Shown here piece by piece: positions 14,365 through 21,869 of a stretch of 24,000 nt of DNA. The notes beneath the pieces are model-generated. The model saw nothing but the letters and a program-made list of their open reading frames with translations. It had not been told where the DNA came from and did not search any database. The stretch is from Bdellovibrio sp. Its GTDB lineage: Bacteria; Bdellovibrionota; Bdellovibrionia; Bdellovibrionales; Bdellovibrionaceae. Numbering within the stretch: position 1 is the first letter of the stretch; every line of letters starts with the position of its first letter. Made by a program: the position numbers and the translations under genes. The stretch covers positions 269,715 to 293,714 of the forward strand of contig JAKFCY010000002.1 of assembly GCA_036676395.1 (NCBI GenBank). The letters are read 5' to 3'.

Positions 14365-15585
14365 CTACTGTACTTTTTGCCGTTCGCCAAATAAAACCGT
14401 GCCGATTCTGATCCATGTCGCACCTTCTTTGAGGGCGACTTGATAATCGTGGCTTGTGCCCATTGAAAGTTCTTTGACTTGTAAGCGATCCGCCAAGTTT
14501 TTTAATTTTTTAAAATGAACTTGATTGTCTGCAGCGACGTTTTGCAACGGCGGCATGGTCATTAATCCCACAATTCTAACATTTGAAAGTTTTGTCAGTT
14601 TTTCCCATGCGGCAATAACGCTGGCTTCGTCAAAACCCGCCTTAGTAGCCTCGTTCGCAAGGTTGACCTGAATAAAAATCTTTTGCACATGGTTGATTTC
14701 TGAAGCCTTTTTTGAAACTAATTCGGCTAACTCGAGCGAGTCTATGGCATGTAAATAGGCAAAATGATTTTTTAAAAATTTTATTTTGTTTTTTTGGATC
14801 GGGCCGATCAAGTGCCATTCTAAATTTAAATCTTTCAAGGCTTCGATTTTTTCTAACGCCTCTTGAATATAGTTTTCGCCGAAAGCGCGCTGACCTTGGC
14901 TGGCTAAATCGCGAATTTTTTCGATCGGCTGAAGTTTGCTGACCGCGAGCAAATTCTGACCAGAAGAAAGCTGAGCTTTGATTTGCGCCAAAGGTGATTT
15001 TTCAAAAGTCCAATTTTTACCAGCAAATAATTTTTCTAAAGCTGTCAAAGGCAAGCCCACAACGTTGTTGTAGTCACCCACAAATTTTTCCACAAATTTT
15101 CCGCCCAAACCTTGGATGGCGTAAGAGCCCGCTTTATCCATCGGTTCGCCGGTTTTGATGTAATCCCAGATGTCTTGATCAGTTAAATTTTTAAAATAAA
15201 CCTGCGATGTCTCAATATGAGAAATAATATGACCATTACTTTGGTCCAGAAGGATGATCGCGGTTTTTACTTCGTGCATTTTGCCTGAAAGTTTTTTCAA
15301 AGTATCAAACGCATCCTGTTCGTTTTCAGGTTTTCCGATCGCTAAATTTTCTAAACAAACCATCGTGTCTGAAGCCAAAATAATACCGCCTGGATTTTTG
15401 TCAGGACATTGGTCTAGGCAAGCCAACGCTTTTCTTTTTGCGATGTCGATTATTTGCTCGTCTAAGCTTAGGTTTTCATTCGGGATTTCCGATATAAAGA
15501 CTGGGAATGAGACAAAATAATATCCGGCTTTTTTTAAGATTTCAGCGCGGCGTGGAGATTGCGAAGCTAGGACAATTTTTTTCAT
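14365..15585 (-). CDS. Maf (nucleotide pyrophosphatase / septum-formation protein) fused to YggS/PROSC-family PLP-binding protein
   Basis: A single 406-aa ORF. The N-terminal ~190 aa carry Maf motifs (LASQSPRR, ILASDTMV, KAGSYAIQG). The C-terminal ~215 aa carry YggS motifs (LLAVSK with the PLP lysine, FGENYIQE, WHLIGPIQKNK, LSMGTSHDY, IRIGTVLFGER). Confidence 0.88.
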   Translation of the reverse strand: MKKIVLASQSPRRAEILKKAGYYFVSFPVFISEIPNENLSLDEQIIDIAKRKALACLDQCPDKNPGGIILASDTMVCLENLAIGKPENEQDAFDTLKKLSGKMHEVKTAIILLDQSNGHIISHIETSQVYFKNLTDQDIWDYIKTGEPMDKAGSYAIQGLGGKFVEKFVGDYNNVVGLPLTALEKLFAGKNWTFEKSPLAQIKAQLSSGQNLLAVSKLQPIEKIRDLASQGQRAFGENYIQEALEKIEALKDLNLEWHLIGPIQKNKIKFLKNHFAYLHAIDSLELAELVSKKASEINHVQKIFIQVNLANEATKAGFDEASVIAAWEKLTKLSNVRIVGLMTMPPLQNVAADNQVHFKKLKNLADRLQVKELSMGTSHDYQVALKEGATWIRIGTVLFGERQKVQ

Positions 15586-15615
15586 TCAAATTAAATTTAA
15601 ACCAAAAGAGGATCT

Positions 15616-16521
15616 ATGGGTAGTGCTGAACTCATGTTATTTACCGGGCTCATCTTAGCGGGTGTGTCGGTTTATCTTTTCATGACGTCGATTCTGGCGG
15701 GTAAACCCGGCGAAGCTCAATTGCAATGGGCCAGCGGCACTGAACCAGTTAAATCTAAAAATGGAATCATCAATCTTTGTCGTCCGATGGTGCATCAGTT
15801 CACTCTGCAGCATGCGGCAAAATTTAAATCAGAACAGTATCGTAAAAAAATTCGCCATTTGATCAAAACCGGCGGCATGTCATCAGAGATGAACGAAGAT
15901 GAATTTATTGGTTACCAATTGTTTTTAGGAATCGCGTTTCCGATTTTTATTAACATCATGAATTTTTCTTTGGATCTTGGTTTTTCGCCATTGGTTTTAT
16001 GTATGCTTGGTGTGGTGGGCTGGTTCATGCCACAAATGCACTGTAAGGCGCAAAAAAATGCCCGCACAATGAGTGTACAGGCCGATATGCCGTTTTTTAT
16101 TGATCTATTAGCCTTGTCAGTCGAAGCCGGTCTTGATTTTTTCGGAGCCATTCAAAAAATCGTCGATAAAGTCGCTGATCCAAATTCAGTTTTGGCTGAT
16201 GAATTAAAAACCGTTTTGAAAGATATTAAAGTCGGTTCGTCAAAAACAGATGCATTAAAAGAAATGGCAGCCCGTTTAGATATGCCCGAAATCACCAGTT
16301 TCGTGGCGGTGTTAATCGATGCTGAAGCCACCGGTGCAAGTATCGCGCAAGTGTTAAAAGATCAATCAGTGCAAATGCGTTTAGAACGGTTTGTGCGCGC
16401 AGAAAAAGCCGGAGCACGCGCTTCGCAATTAATTTTATTACCATTAATGGGTTTTATTTTACCAGCGGTATTTATCATGGTGTTTGGCCCAGTGGTATTA
16501 GGATTTATTTACGGAAAATAG
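15616..16521 (+). CDS. Type II secretion system F-domain (TadB/TadC-type) inner-membrane platform protein
   Basis: 301 aa with an N-terminal TM. The central T2SSF-type helical domain reads MPFFIDLLALSVEAGLDFFGAIQKI ... ALKEMAARLDMPEITSFVAVLIDAEATGASIAQVLKDQSVQMRLERF. C-terminal TMs follow (LILLPLMGFILPAVFIMVFGPVVLGF). AGAGGA lies 5 nt upstream of the ATG. Confidence 0.85.
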   Translation: MGSAELMLFTGLILAGVSVYLFMTSILAGKPGEAQLQWASGTEPVKSKNGIINLCRPMVHQFTLQHAAKFKSEQYRKKIRHLIKTGGMSSEMNEDEFIGYQLFLGIAFPIFINIMNFSLDLGFSPLVLCMLGVVGWFMPQMHCKAQKNARTMSVQADMPFFIDLLALSVEAGLDFFGAIQKIVDKVADPNSVLADELKTVLKDIKVGSSKTDALKEMAARLDMPEITSFVAVLIDAEATGASIAQVLKDQSVQMRLERFVRAEKAGARASQLILLPLMGFILPAVFIMVFGPVVLGFIYGK

Positions 16522-16534
16522 GAAAATAAGAACT

Positions 16535-16891
16535 ATGGCAAAACTTTATAAAATACAACACGGCGATAAAGCTGAGCTTTTGATTGAAAATCTAGAGCTG
16601 GCCGAATCATTTTTTGCCCGTGGTAAAGGTTTGTTAGGCAGAAAATCTTTAGCGGTTAACAACGCGCTTTGGATCAAACCCTGCAACAACATTCATACCT
16701 GTTTTATGAATTTTGCTATTGATTGTATTTTCGTAAATAAAAAAATGGAAATTGAAAAAATCGTATCAGGTGTAAAGCCCTATAAGATTGTAGGTCCATA
16801 TTGGAAGTCGGCTTCAGTTTTTGAAACTGCAGCAGGATGTGCGCAAAAATGGAACCTTCAGGTAGGAGATCAGTTATATGTGGTCAGTTAG
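16535..16891 (+). CDS. DUF192 (COG1430) family protein
   Basis: 118 aa. The layout matches DUF192 by eye (FFARGKGLLGRKSL, ALWIKPCNNIHTCFMNFAIDCIFVNKKMEI). It starts 13 nt after the upstream stop and overlaps the next gene by 14 nt. Confidence 0.7.
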   Translation: MAKLYKIQHGDKAELLIENLELAESFFARGKGLLGRKSLAVNNALWIKPCNNIHTCFMNFAIDCIFVNKKMEIEKIVSGVKPYKIVGPYWKSASVFETAAGCAQKWNLQVGDQLYVVS

Positions 16892-18539
16892 AGTCTTATC
16901 CGGTCCACAAACCGGACAAATCTTTGATTTAAAAATGGGTAAAAATCTACTGGGTCGGGGAATGAACTGTGATTTCAAAATCACTTCGGGTGGTATTTCT
17001 AAAGATCACTGCGAGATTCATGTTTATAAAGATAAAGTGATCGTGGTTGATTTAAAATCAAGCAACGGAACCTTCGTCAATGGCGTAAAAATTCAAAATT
17101 CAATTATTAAACTGGGTGATAAAGTCAGCGTATTCGATGTGATTATGGATGTGATTCCGTCTCCGGATATTCGTCCAAAACCAGCCGCACCCCGTCCGGT
17201 CGCATTGCGTCCGCGGCCAGCAGCGCAACAACGCCAAATGCCTCCACAAATGTACAACCAGCAACCTCCGGCGTATCCAATGCAAGGCGGAGCGGCGATG
17301 CAAGCGCAAATGTATCAACAACCACTGAATGGAGTTCCACCACAGCAAAATAATTTTGGTGCGGCTATTGAAGTGCCAAAAACCTTTGGCGAGCGCATTG
17401 ATGATTATATGGAAAACGTGGTGATGCCGGTATTTTATAAAATGTCGGTGGTGTTTCCATTTAAACAAGTTTTATTGGGCATGATGATTTTATTTGTCGT
17501 GTTCGTGACGATAGCTTCGATGTTTCCTTTAACAACAATTTTGCGCGAATCTAATTTTAATGAAGCCGCTAAACGAGCAAAAAGTGTAGCGCGTGCTATG
17601 GCGCGTATTAATGAACAGGCCTTATTATCAGGACAAATTAATAACTTAAATGTGAGTGAAGCTTTAAAAGAAGATGGCATTAAAGAAGCTATCATTATTA
17701 TGCAATCAGATGGTTCGGTTGTTGCTCCGACTGAAAAAGTCGGTCGTGATATGTCGAAATCTTTTGTGATTCAAGCGCGCAAAGAACCGCGTGCGATGGC
17801 GGCTCCCGTTGATGATAATACCATCGGGGCAAGTCATCCGATCGCAGCTTATGATCCACTATCAGGTGAAACGACTGTTAAATACGTAGCGATTGTTTTT
17901 TATGATATCAGCTCATTAAATGTGGATGATGGCCGTGTGGTCAGTTTATTTATGCAGACGTTAGTCATCTCGGCGTTATTTGGTATTGGATTGTATTTAT
18001 TGTTTTCGCGTTTAATTGAATTTCCAATTCGTCAGCTGAACAAACAAATCGATACGGCCTTGCGCGAAAAATCTGATCGCACTGAAGTTGCCTTTGATTA
18101 CCCAGAATTACAAAAAGCTGTAGCCAATGTGAATCTGCTTTTAAATCGTATGTGGAATGGTTTAAATGATTCTGAAACCATTAAACCAAGTCAAAATCGT
18201 GATGTCGAATTTTCACAAATGGTGAATATGCTAACTCAGCCTGCTGCTGTCATTTCTGCAAATGGATCAATTACTTCGTGTAATCATCAATTTGCAACCT
18301 TAGTGCAAACTGTACCCGAAGCTCTGGTGGCGCAAAGTTATATGACAATTACTGATCAGGCGATGGTACAGAATTTAGAAAGTTTAATGAGCCGAGCGCG
18401 TGAATTAGTTTATGAAACGCATCGAGATAAAATTCCGTTTTCTCAATTTGAATGTGAAATATTTTTACAGGCATTTTTAGACAGTGCCGGCGCACCAGAA
18501 TACTTTTTTGTAAGTTTAACCAAGGTGAATGAGGAGTAA
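16878..18539 (+). CDS. FHA-domain membrane sensor-like protein (FHA / P,Q-rich linker / TM / Cache-like periplasmic domain / TM / HAMP-like / PAS-like)
   Basis: 553 aa. The N-terminal FHA domain has GR (LLGRG), SxxH (SKDH) and NG (SSNGTFVNG). A P/Q-rich region spans aa ~95-160. TM1 is LLGMMILFVVFVTIASMFPL and TM2 is VVSLFMQTLVISALFGIGLYLLF. Between them lies a ~135-aa segment with the pattern IIIMQSDGSVVAP...VKYVAIVFYD. After TM2 comes an amphipathic HAMP-like stretch, then a PAS-like end (LTQPAAVISANGSITSCNHQFATLV). No kinase, GGDEF or other output domain is present. Confidence 0.8.
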   Translation: MWSVRVLSGPQTGQIFDLKMGKNLLGRGMNCDFKITSGGISKDHCEIHVYKDKVIVVDLKSSNGTFVNGVKIQNSIIKLGDKVSVFDVIMDVIPSPDIRPKPAAPRPVALRPRPAAQQRQMPPQMYNQQPPAYPMQGGAAMQAQMYQQPLNGVPPQQNNFGAAIEVPKTFGERIDDYMENVVMPVFYKMSVVFPFKQVLLGMMILFVVFVTIASMFPLTTILRESNFNEAAKRAKSVARAMARINEQALLSGQINNLNVSEALKEDGIKEAIIIMQSDGSVVAPTEKVGRDMSKSFVIQARKEPRAMAAPVDDNTIGASHPIAAYDPLSGETTVKYVAIVFYDISSLNVDDGRVVSLFMQTLVISALFGIGLYLLFSRLIEFPIRQLNKQIDTALREKSDRTEVAFDYPELQKAVANVNLLLNRMWNGLNDSETIKPSQNRDVEFSQMVNMLTQPAAVISANGSITSCNHQFATLVQTVPEALVAQSYMTITDQAMVQNLESLMSRARELVYETHRDKIPFSQFECEIFLQAFLDSAGAPEYFFVSLTKVNEE

Positions 18540-18547
18540 AGCACTAG

Positions 18548-19783
18548 ATGTCGACGGCTGAAAAGCTTAACCCCGCAGTTCAAATTAAATTGAAAGTGCT
18601 GAAAGGACCGCACGAAGGGCAGTCTTTTCACCTTGCAAAGAGCTCGTTTACTTTAGGACGTGGTCCTGAGAACGAGGTCGTGTTAATTAATGATCCGCAG
18701 ATCAGTCGTCAGCATGCGCGTTTACAAGTGGTTGGCCAAGATATCGAAATTATTAATCTCAGCAAAAAAAATAAAGTGATGGTGGGATCAGAAGAAATTC
18801 AGAAATGGAAACTGATCAATGATTCTACTTTTGTTATAGGTGATACTGAACTTCAAATTGCTTTTGAAATTGAAAAAATCACGCCCGTAGCGCCGTTGCC
18901 GCAATTAGTGCCTATAAGCAATTTACCAGCGTTGCCAACTCCGCCAGTTGAAAGTGGAGCACCTTCTTCTCCAGCTCCGGGCGGTGCAAGTGGGCCGCAG
19001 GCAAACGCACCAAAAATAAAACAACAACCAGCTCAGCGAAAGCCAATGTCTGCGCCAGCAATGCGCCAACAAGCGCCGGCGCAAAGACAACAGCAAATGC
19101 AACAACGCGGTCCGATGGTTGCGGGTCGGCCGATGCAACAACAAATGCAGCGACCGATGCAGCAGCAACAAAATGCACAGGTAAATTTAGGGTATGCAAA
19201 ACCTCAACAAGCCAGTGGTGGATTTTTTGCAAATCCAAAAGTTCGATTTTATTTAATCGTCGGCATAGCGGTCTTTAGTCTAGTTTATTGGCTGAATATG
19301 GAAGAGCCCAAAAAAGCTCAATCTACAGAGATTAAGTCGACTTTAAAATATGAAGATGAATATCTTCTTAAACAAAATTCGGTCACTGAAAAAGAGCTGG
19401 ACCTAAAACGTAAAAACCAATTGGAGCAAAAGAACTCGCCGACCAATTTACGTATCCAAGAGAACTTTCAAAAAGGGATGCGTGATTTTCAGTTAGGCAA
19501 TTACACGCGCTCCCTAGACTTTTTTCAGGTTGTTCTGAACTTAGATTCAAGCCACGTCATGGCCCGTAGGCATTTATATTTAGCAAAAATCCGCTTCGAT
19601 GAAATCGTAAAAGCGAAATTAGCACTTGGAGAAAGTTATTATCAGAAGCATAATTTTAAAATGTGCCTGGCTAATTACCAGCAAGTTTTGACTATGCTTC
19701 AGGGTAAAAACAACGACCAAAGTTACCAAACAGCCCAAAGCATGTCAGAAAAGTGTCAACTGGCAGCTGAGGGAATTCGTTAA
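18548..19783 (+). CDS. FHA-domain membrane protein with TPR-like C-terminal region
   Basis: 411 aa. The N-terminal FHA domain has LGRG and ISRQH, with the NG position degenerate. A ~115-aa P/Q/A-rich linker (MQQQMQRPMQQQQ) and a single TM (FYLIVGIAVFSLVYWL) follow. The C-terminus has TPR-like helical repeats (QKGMRDFQLGNYTRSLDFFQVVLNLD; GESYYQKHNFKMCLANYQQVL). Confidence 0.8.
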   Translation: MSTAEKLNPAVQIKLKVLKGPHEGQSFHLAKSSFTLGRGPENEVVLINDPQISRQHARLQVVGQDIEIINLSKKNKVMVGSEEIQKWKLINDSTFVIGDTELQIAFEIEKITPVAPLPQLVPISNLPALPTPPVESGAPSSPAPGGASGPQANAPKIKQQPAQRKPMSAPAMRQQAPAQRQQQMQQRGPMVAGRPMQQQMQRPMQQQQNAQVNLGYAKPQQASGGFFANPKVRFYLIVGIAVFSLVYWLNMEEPKKAQSTEIKSTLKYEDEYLLKQNSVTEKELDLKRKNQLEQKNSPTNLRIQENFQKGMRDFQLGNYTRSLDFFQVVLNLDSSHVMARRHLYLAKIRFDEIVKAKLALGESYYQKHNFKMCLANYQQVLTMLQGKNNDQSYQTAQSMSEKCQLAAEGIR

Positions 19784-19785
19784 AT

Positions 19786-21867
19786 ATGTCGAGACTGAAA
19801 GTTATATTAAGGGGAGCACAGATCAGTGACTTAAACCTTAGCCCCGAGCGTGAATACGTCGGTGGCCGTAAGGAAAGTTGTGATATCCGTTTGCAACCTG
19901 AAAAAGGAATCTCGCGCGAACATTTCAAATTAAAATTTGAAGAAGGCCGCTGGATATTAACGTCACTCTCACGTTTTGGCGAAATCTTTTCTTTAGGGCA
20001 AAGAGTTGAATCAACACCGCTCGAGCATGGCCAGGTTTTTCAAATTCCACCGTATGAATTTACGTTAAGCGATATACCAGATTCACAAAGTGATAGCGTT
20101 AATGCCAATGAGATGCCAGAGGCCGGCGAAAATGAACGAACGGTTATTGGCGTAGCCCAGCAAGTACCTTATATCAAAATGATGTCGTCAGACGGAGCCG
20201 TTCGCGAAATGCTTCGTTTAGAAGTGGGCGATGTTTGGGCTGCGGGGCGCGATCCTTCGTGCCAAATTATTATTCCTGATCAGCGTGTAAGTCGTCGGCA
20301 ATTTGAAGTTAGAAAAATTAATGGTATTTACACGATCATTGATTTAACGAGCGTGAACGGAACTTTCTTAAATGGTTCACCTATTTCAAGCACTGATCCG
20401 CAACCCTTAAAATCTGGCGATGCGATCACCGTACTTGATAACACCATGTACTTCGAACTTCATGATCCAAACTTTCAATACCGTATGGAGCGTATTGAAG
20501 TTCCTCCATTGCAAATGGCAGGTGCTGCCGGTATTGATGATCTTGAAGAAATTGGTCTTGATGAAATTCCACTAGAAGAAGAACAATACGATCCGAATCA
20601 GGATATGAATTACCCGCAAGAAATTGATCAAGGTTATTACCAAGATCAGTTAAATCCGGATGGCAGCCCGTTTACCGGAATGCCACAAGAACAAATGCAG
20701 GGTGATTACTACAATATGCAACAGGGTGAACAAGCTCCTGAGCAACAAGGCCCACCGCCGACACCCATTGTTCAGGCCTGGAACAGATTTAAAAATAACA
20801 AACCCGTTTTCTTTTCAGTGATCGCTTTGTTTTTGGTCGGCATGTATTTTTTAAGTGATATGATGAATTCGCCAGCGCCGCAAAAGAGCGGTCAGCAACA
20901 GGCTTTTAATCCGGATGATCCATTGTCTCGCTTAAAACCAGAAGAGCGCGAAAATGTTAATCTTTGGTATAACAATGCTGAAAAAGCCCTTCGTCAACAG
21001 GCGTTCACTATAGCCAAAGAAAATTTAGATAATATTCATAAACTAATGCCATTGGGATATAAAGATTCAAAACTTTATGAAGCTGAAGCTTTAAATGGTG
21101 AACAAACTTTATTAACTCAGCAAGAAACAGAACGTCGTGAAAAAGAACAGGCTGAATTACAGACCCTGATCAAGGCCACATTAGAAAAATGTGAAAAGGC
21201 CATTGTACCAGAAACGACTCCGGAAGGTTTGCAAGATTGCTTAGCGCCAGTGACAATCAATGATCCGACAAATGCCGAGGCCGAAAGAATGTTAATGCAG
21301 GTTAGAAAAACAATTTCTGACCGCTTAGCTAAAGAAGAAGCAGAACGTGTGGCAAAAAATCAGCGAGAAGAATTGAAAGAAATTTTTGAACGCGCAGAAA
21401 AAGTTCATGAAACTGGTTTTCCGAAAAAAGCCATTAAAGCTTATCGCGAAGTTATTGATAGTGATCTTCCGGATCCAGATGGATTAAAAGACACGGCGGC
21501 ACTGCGAATTAAATTTATACAAAAAAAGTTAGAAGAACGTAATGCTAATAATATTTCAAGTGCTGAGCTTTATTTAAAAGACGGTAAATTTAAAGAAGGC
21601 ATCATGGCTTTACGAGCGGCTTTGCAATTTGATCCCGATAATCAAACGATCAAAGATAAAATCGAGCGTTACTCAAATGATTTGCGCAATCAGGTGAAGG
21701 TGATGTACCAAGAGTCGATCATCGATGAAAATTTTGGTTATGTAGATGGTTCTGATACCCGCCCGGGTGCAAAAGATAAATGGAAAAAAATTATCGATAT
21801 CGATTTAGAGGACGGCGATTATTACCGTAAGGCCTTCATTAAGTTAAAACGTTATGGAGTATTATAA
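19786..21867 (+). CDS. Tandem-FHA membrane protein with long coiled-coil/TPR-like extracytoplasmic region
   Basis: 693 aa. FHA-a (aa ~1-95: GGRKE, ISREH, no NG) and FHA-b (aa ~130-226: AAGRD, VSRRQ, TSVNGTFLNG) are followed by an acidic Q/Y/D/E-rich linker and a single TM (VFFSVIALFLVGMYFL). A ~335-aa helical, K/E-rich region with TPR-like repeats completes the protein. The ATG lies 2 nt after the upstream stop. Confidence 0.8.
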   Translation: MSRLKVILRGAQISDLNLSPEREYVGGRKESCDIRLQPEKGISREHFKLKFEEGRWILTSLSRFGEIFSLGQRVESTPLEHGQVFQIPPYEFTLSDIPDSQSDSVNANEMPEAGENERTVIGVAQQVPYIKMMSSDGAVREMLRLEVGDVWAAGRDPSCQIIIPDQRVSRRQFEVRKINGIYTIIDLTSVNGTFLNGSPISSTDPQPLKSGDAITVLDNTMYFELHDPNFQYRMERIEVPPLQMAGAAGIDDLEEIGLDEIPLEEEQYDPNQDMNYPQEIDQGYYQDQLNPDGSPFTGMPQEQMQGDYYNMQQGEQAPEQQGPPPTPIVQAWNRFKNNKPVFFSVIALFLVGMYFLSDMMNSPAPQKSGQQQAFNPDDPLSRLKPEERENVNLWYNNAEKALRQQAFTIAKENLDNIHKLMPLGYKDSKLYEAEALNGEQTLLTQQETERREKEQAELQTLIKATLEKCEKAIVPETTPEGLQDCLAPVTINDPTNAEAERMLMQVRKTISDRLAKEEAERVAKNQREELKEIFERAEKVHETGFPKKAIKAYREVIDSDLPDPDGLKDTAALRIKFIQKKLEERNANNISSAELYLKDGKFKEGIMALRAALQFDPDNQTIKDKIERYSNDLRNQVKVMYQESIIDENFGYVDGSDTRPGAKDKWKKIIDIDLEDGDYYRKAFIKLKRYGVL

Positions 21868-21869
21868 TC

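Noticed and set aside
14355-14423. Longer proC start at 14423
   Set aside because: It overlaps the maf::yggS 3-prime end by 59 nt and adds 23 non-homologous residues. ATG 14354 places the Rossmann motif at the normal distance from the N-terminus.
14712-16151. Antisense ORFs 14712-14942, 15254-15520 (opposite maf::yggS) and 15912-16151 (opposite the TadC-like gene)
   Set aside because: These are shadow ORFs within motif-supported genes.
17160-19222. P/Q-rich stretches as DNA tandem repeats / VNTR
   Set aside because: The bias is compositional (CAA/CAG/CCN codons). I could not find an exact repeating nucleotide unit by eye, so I treat these as protein low-complexity linkers rather than DNA repeats.
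17100-19928. Antisense/off-frame ORFs 17100-17468, 17143-17343, 17435-17695, 18443-18631, 18912-19238, 18923-19171, 19692-19928
   Set aside because: They are generated by the P/Q-rich low-complexity coding DNA of the FHA genes (His/Arg/Leu-rich nonsense translations). The sense frames carry FHA motifs.
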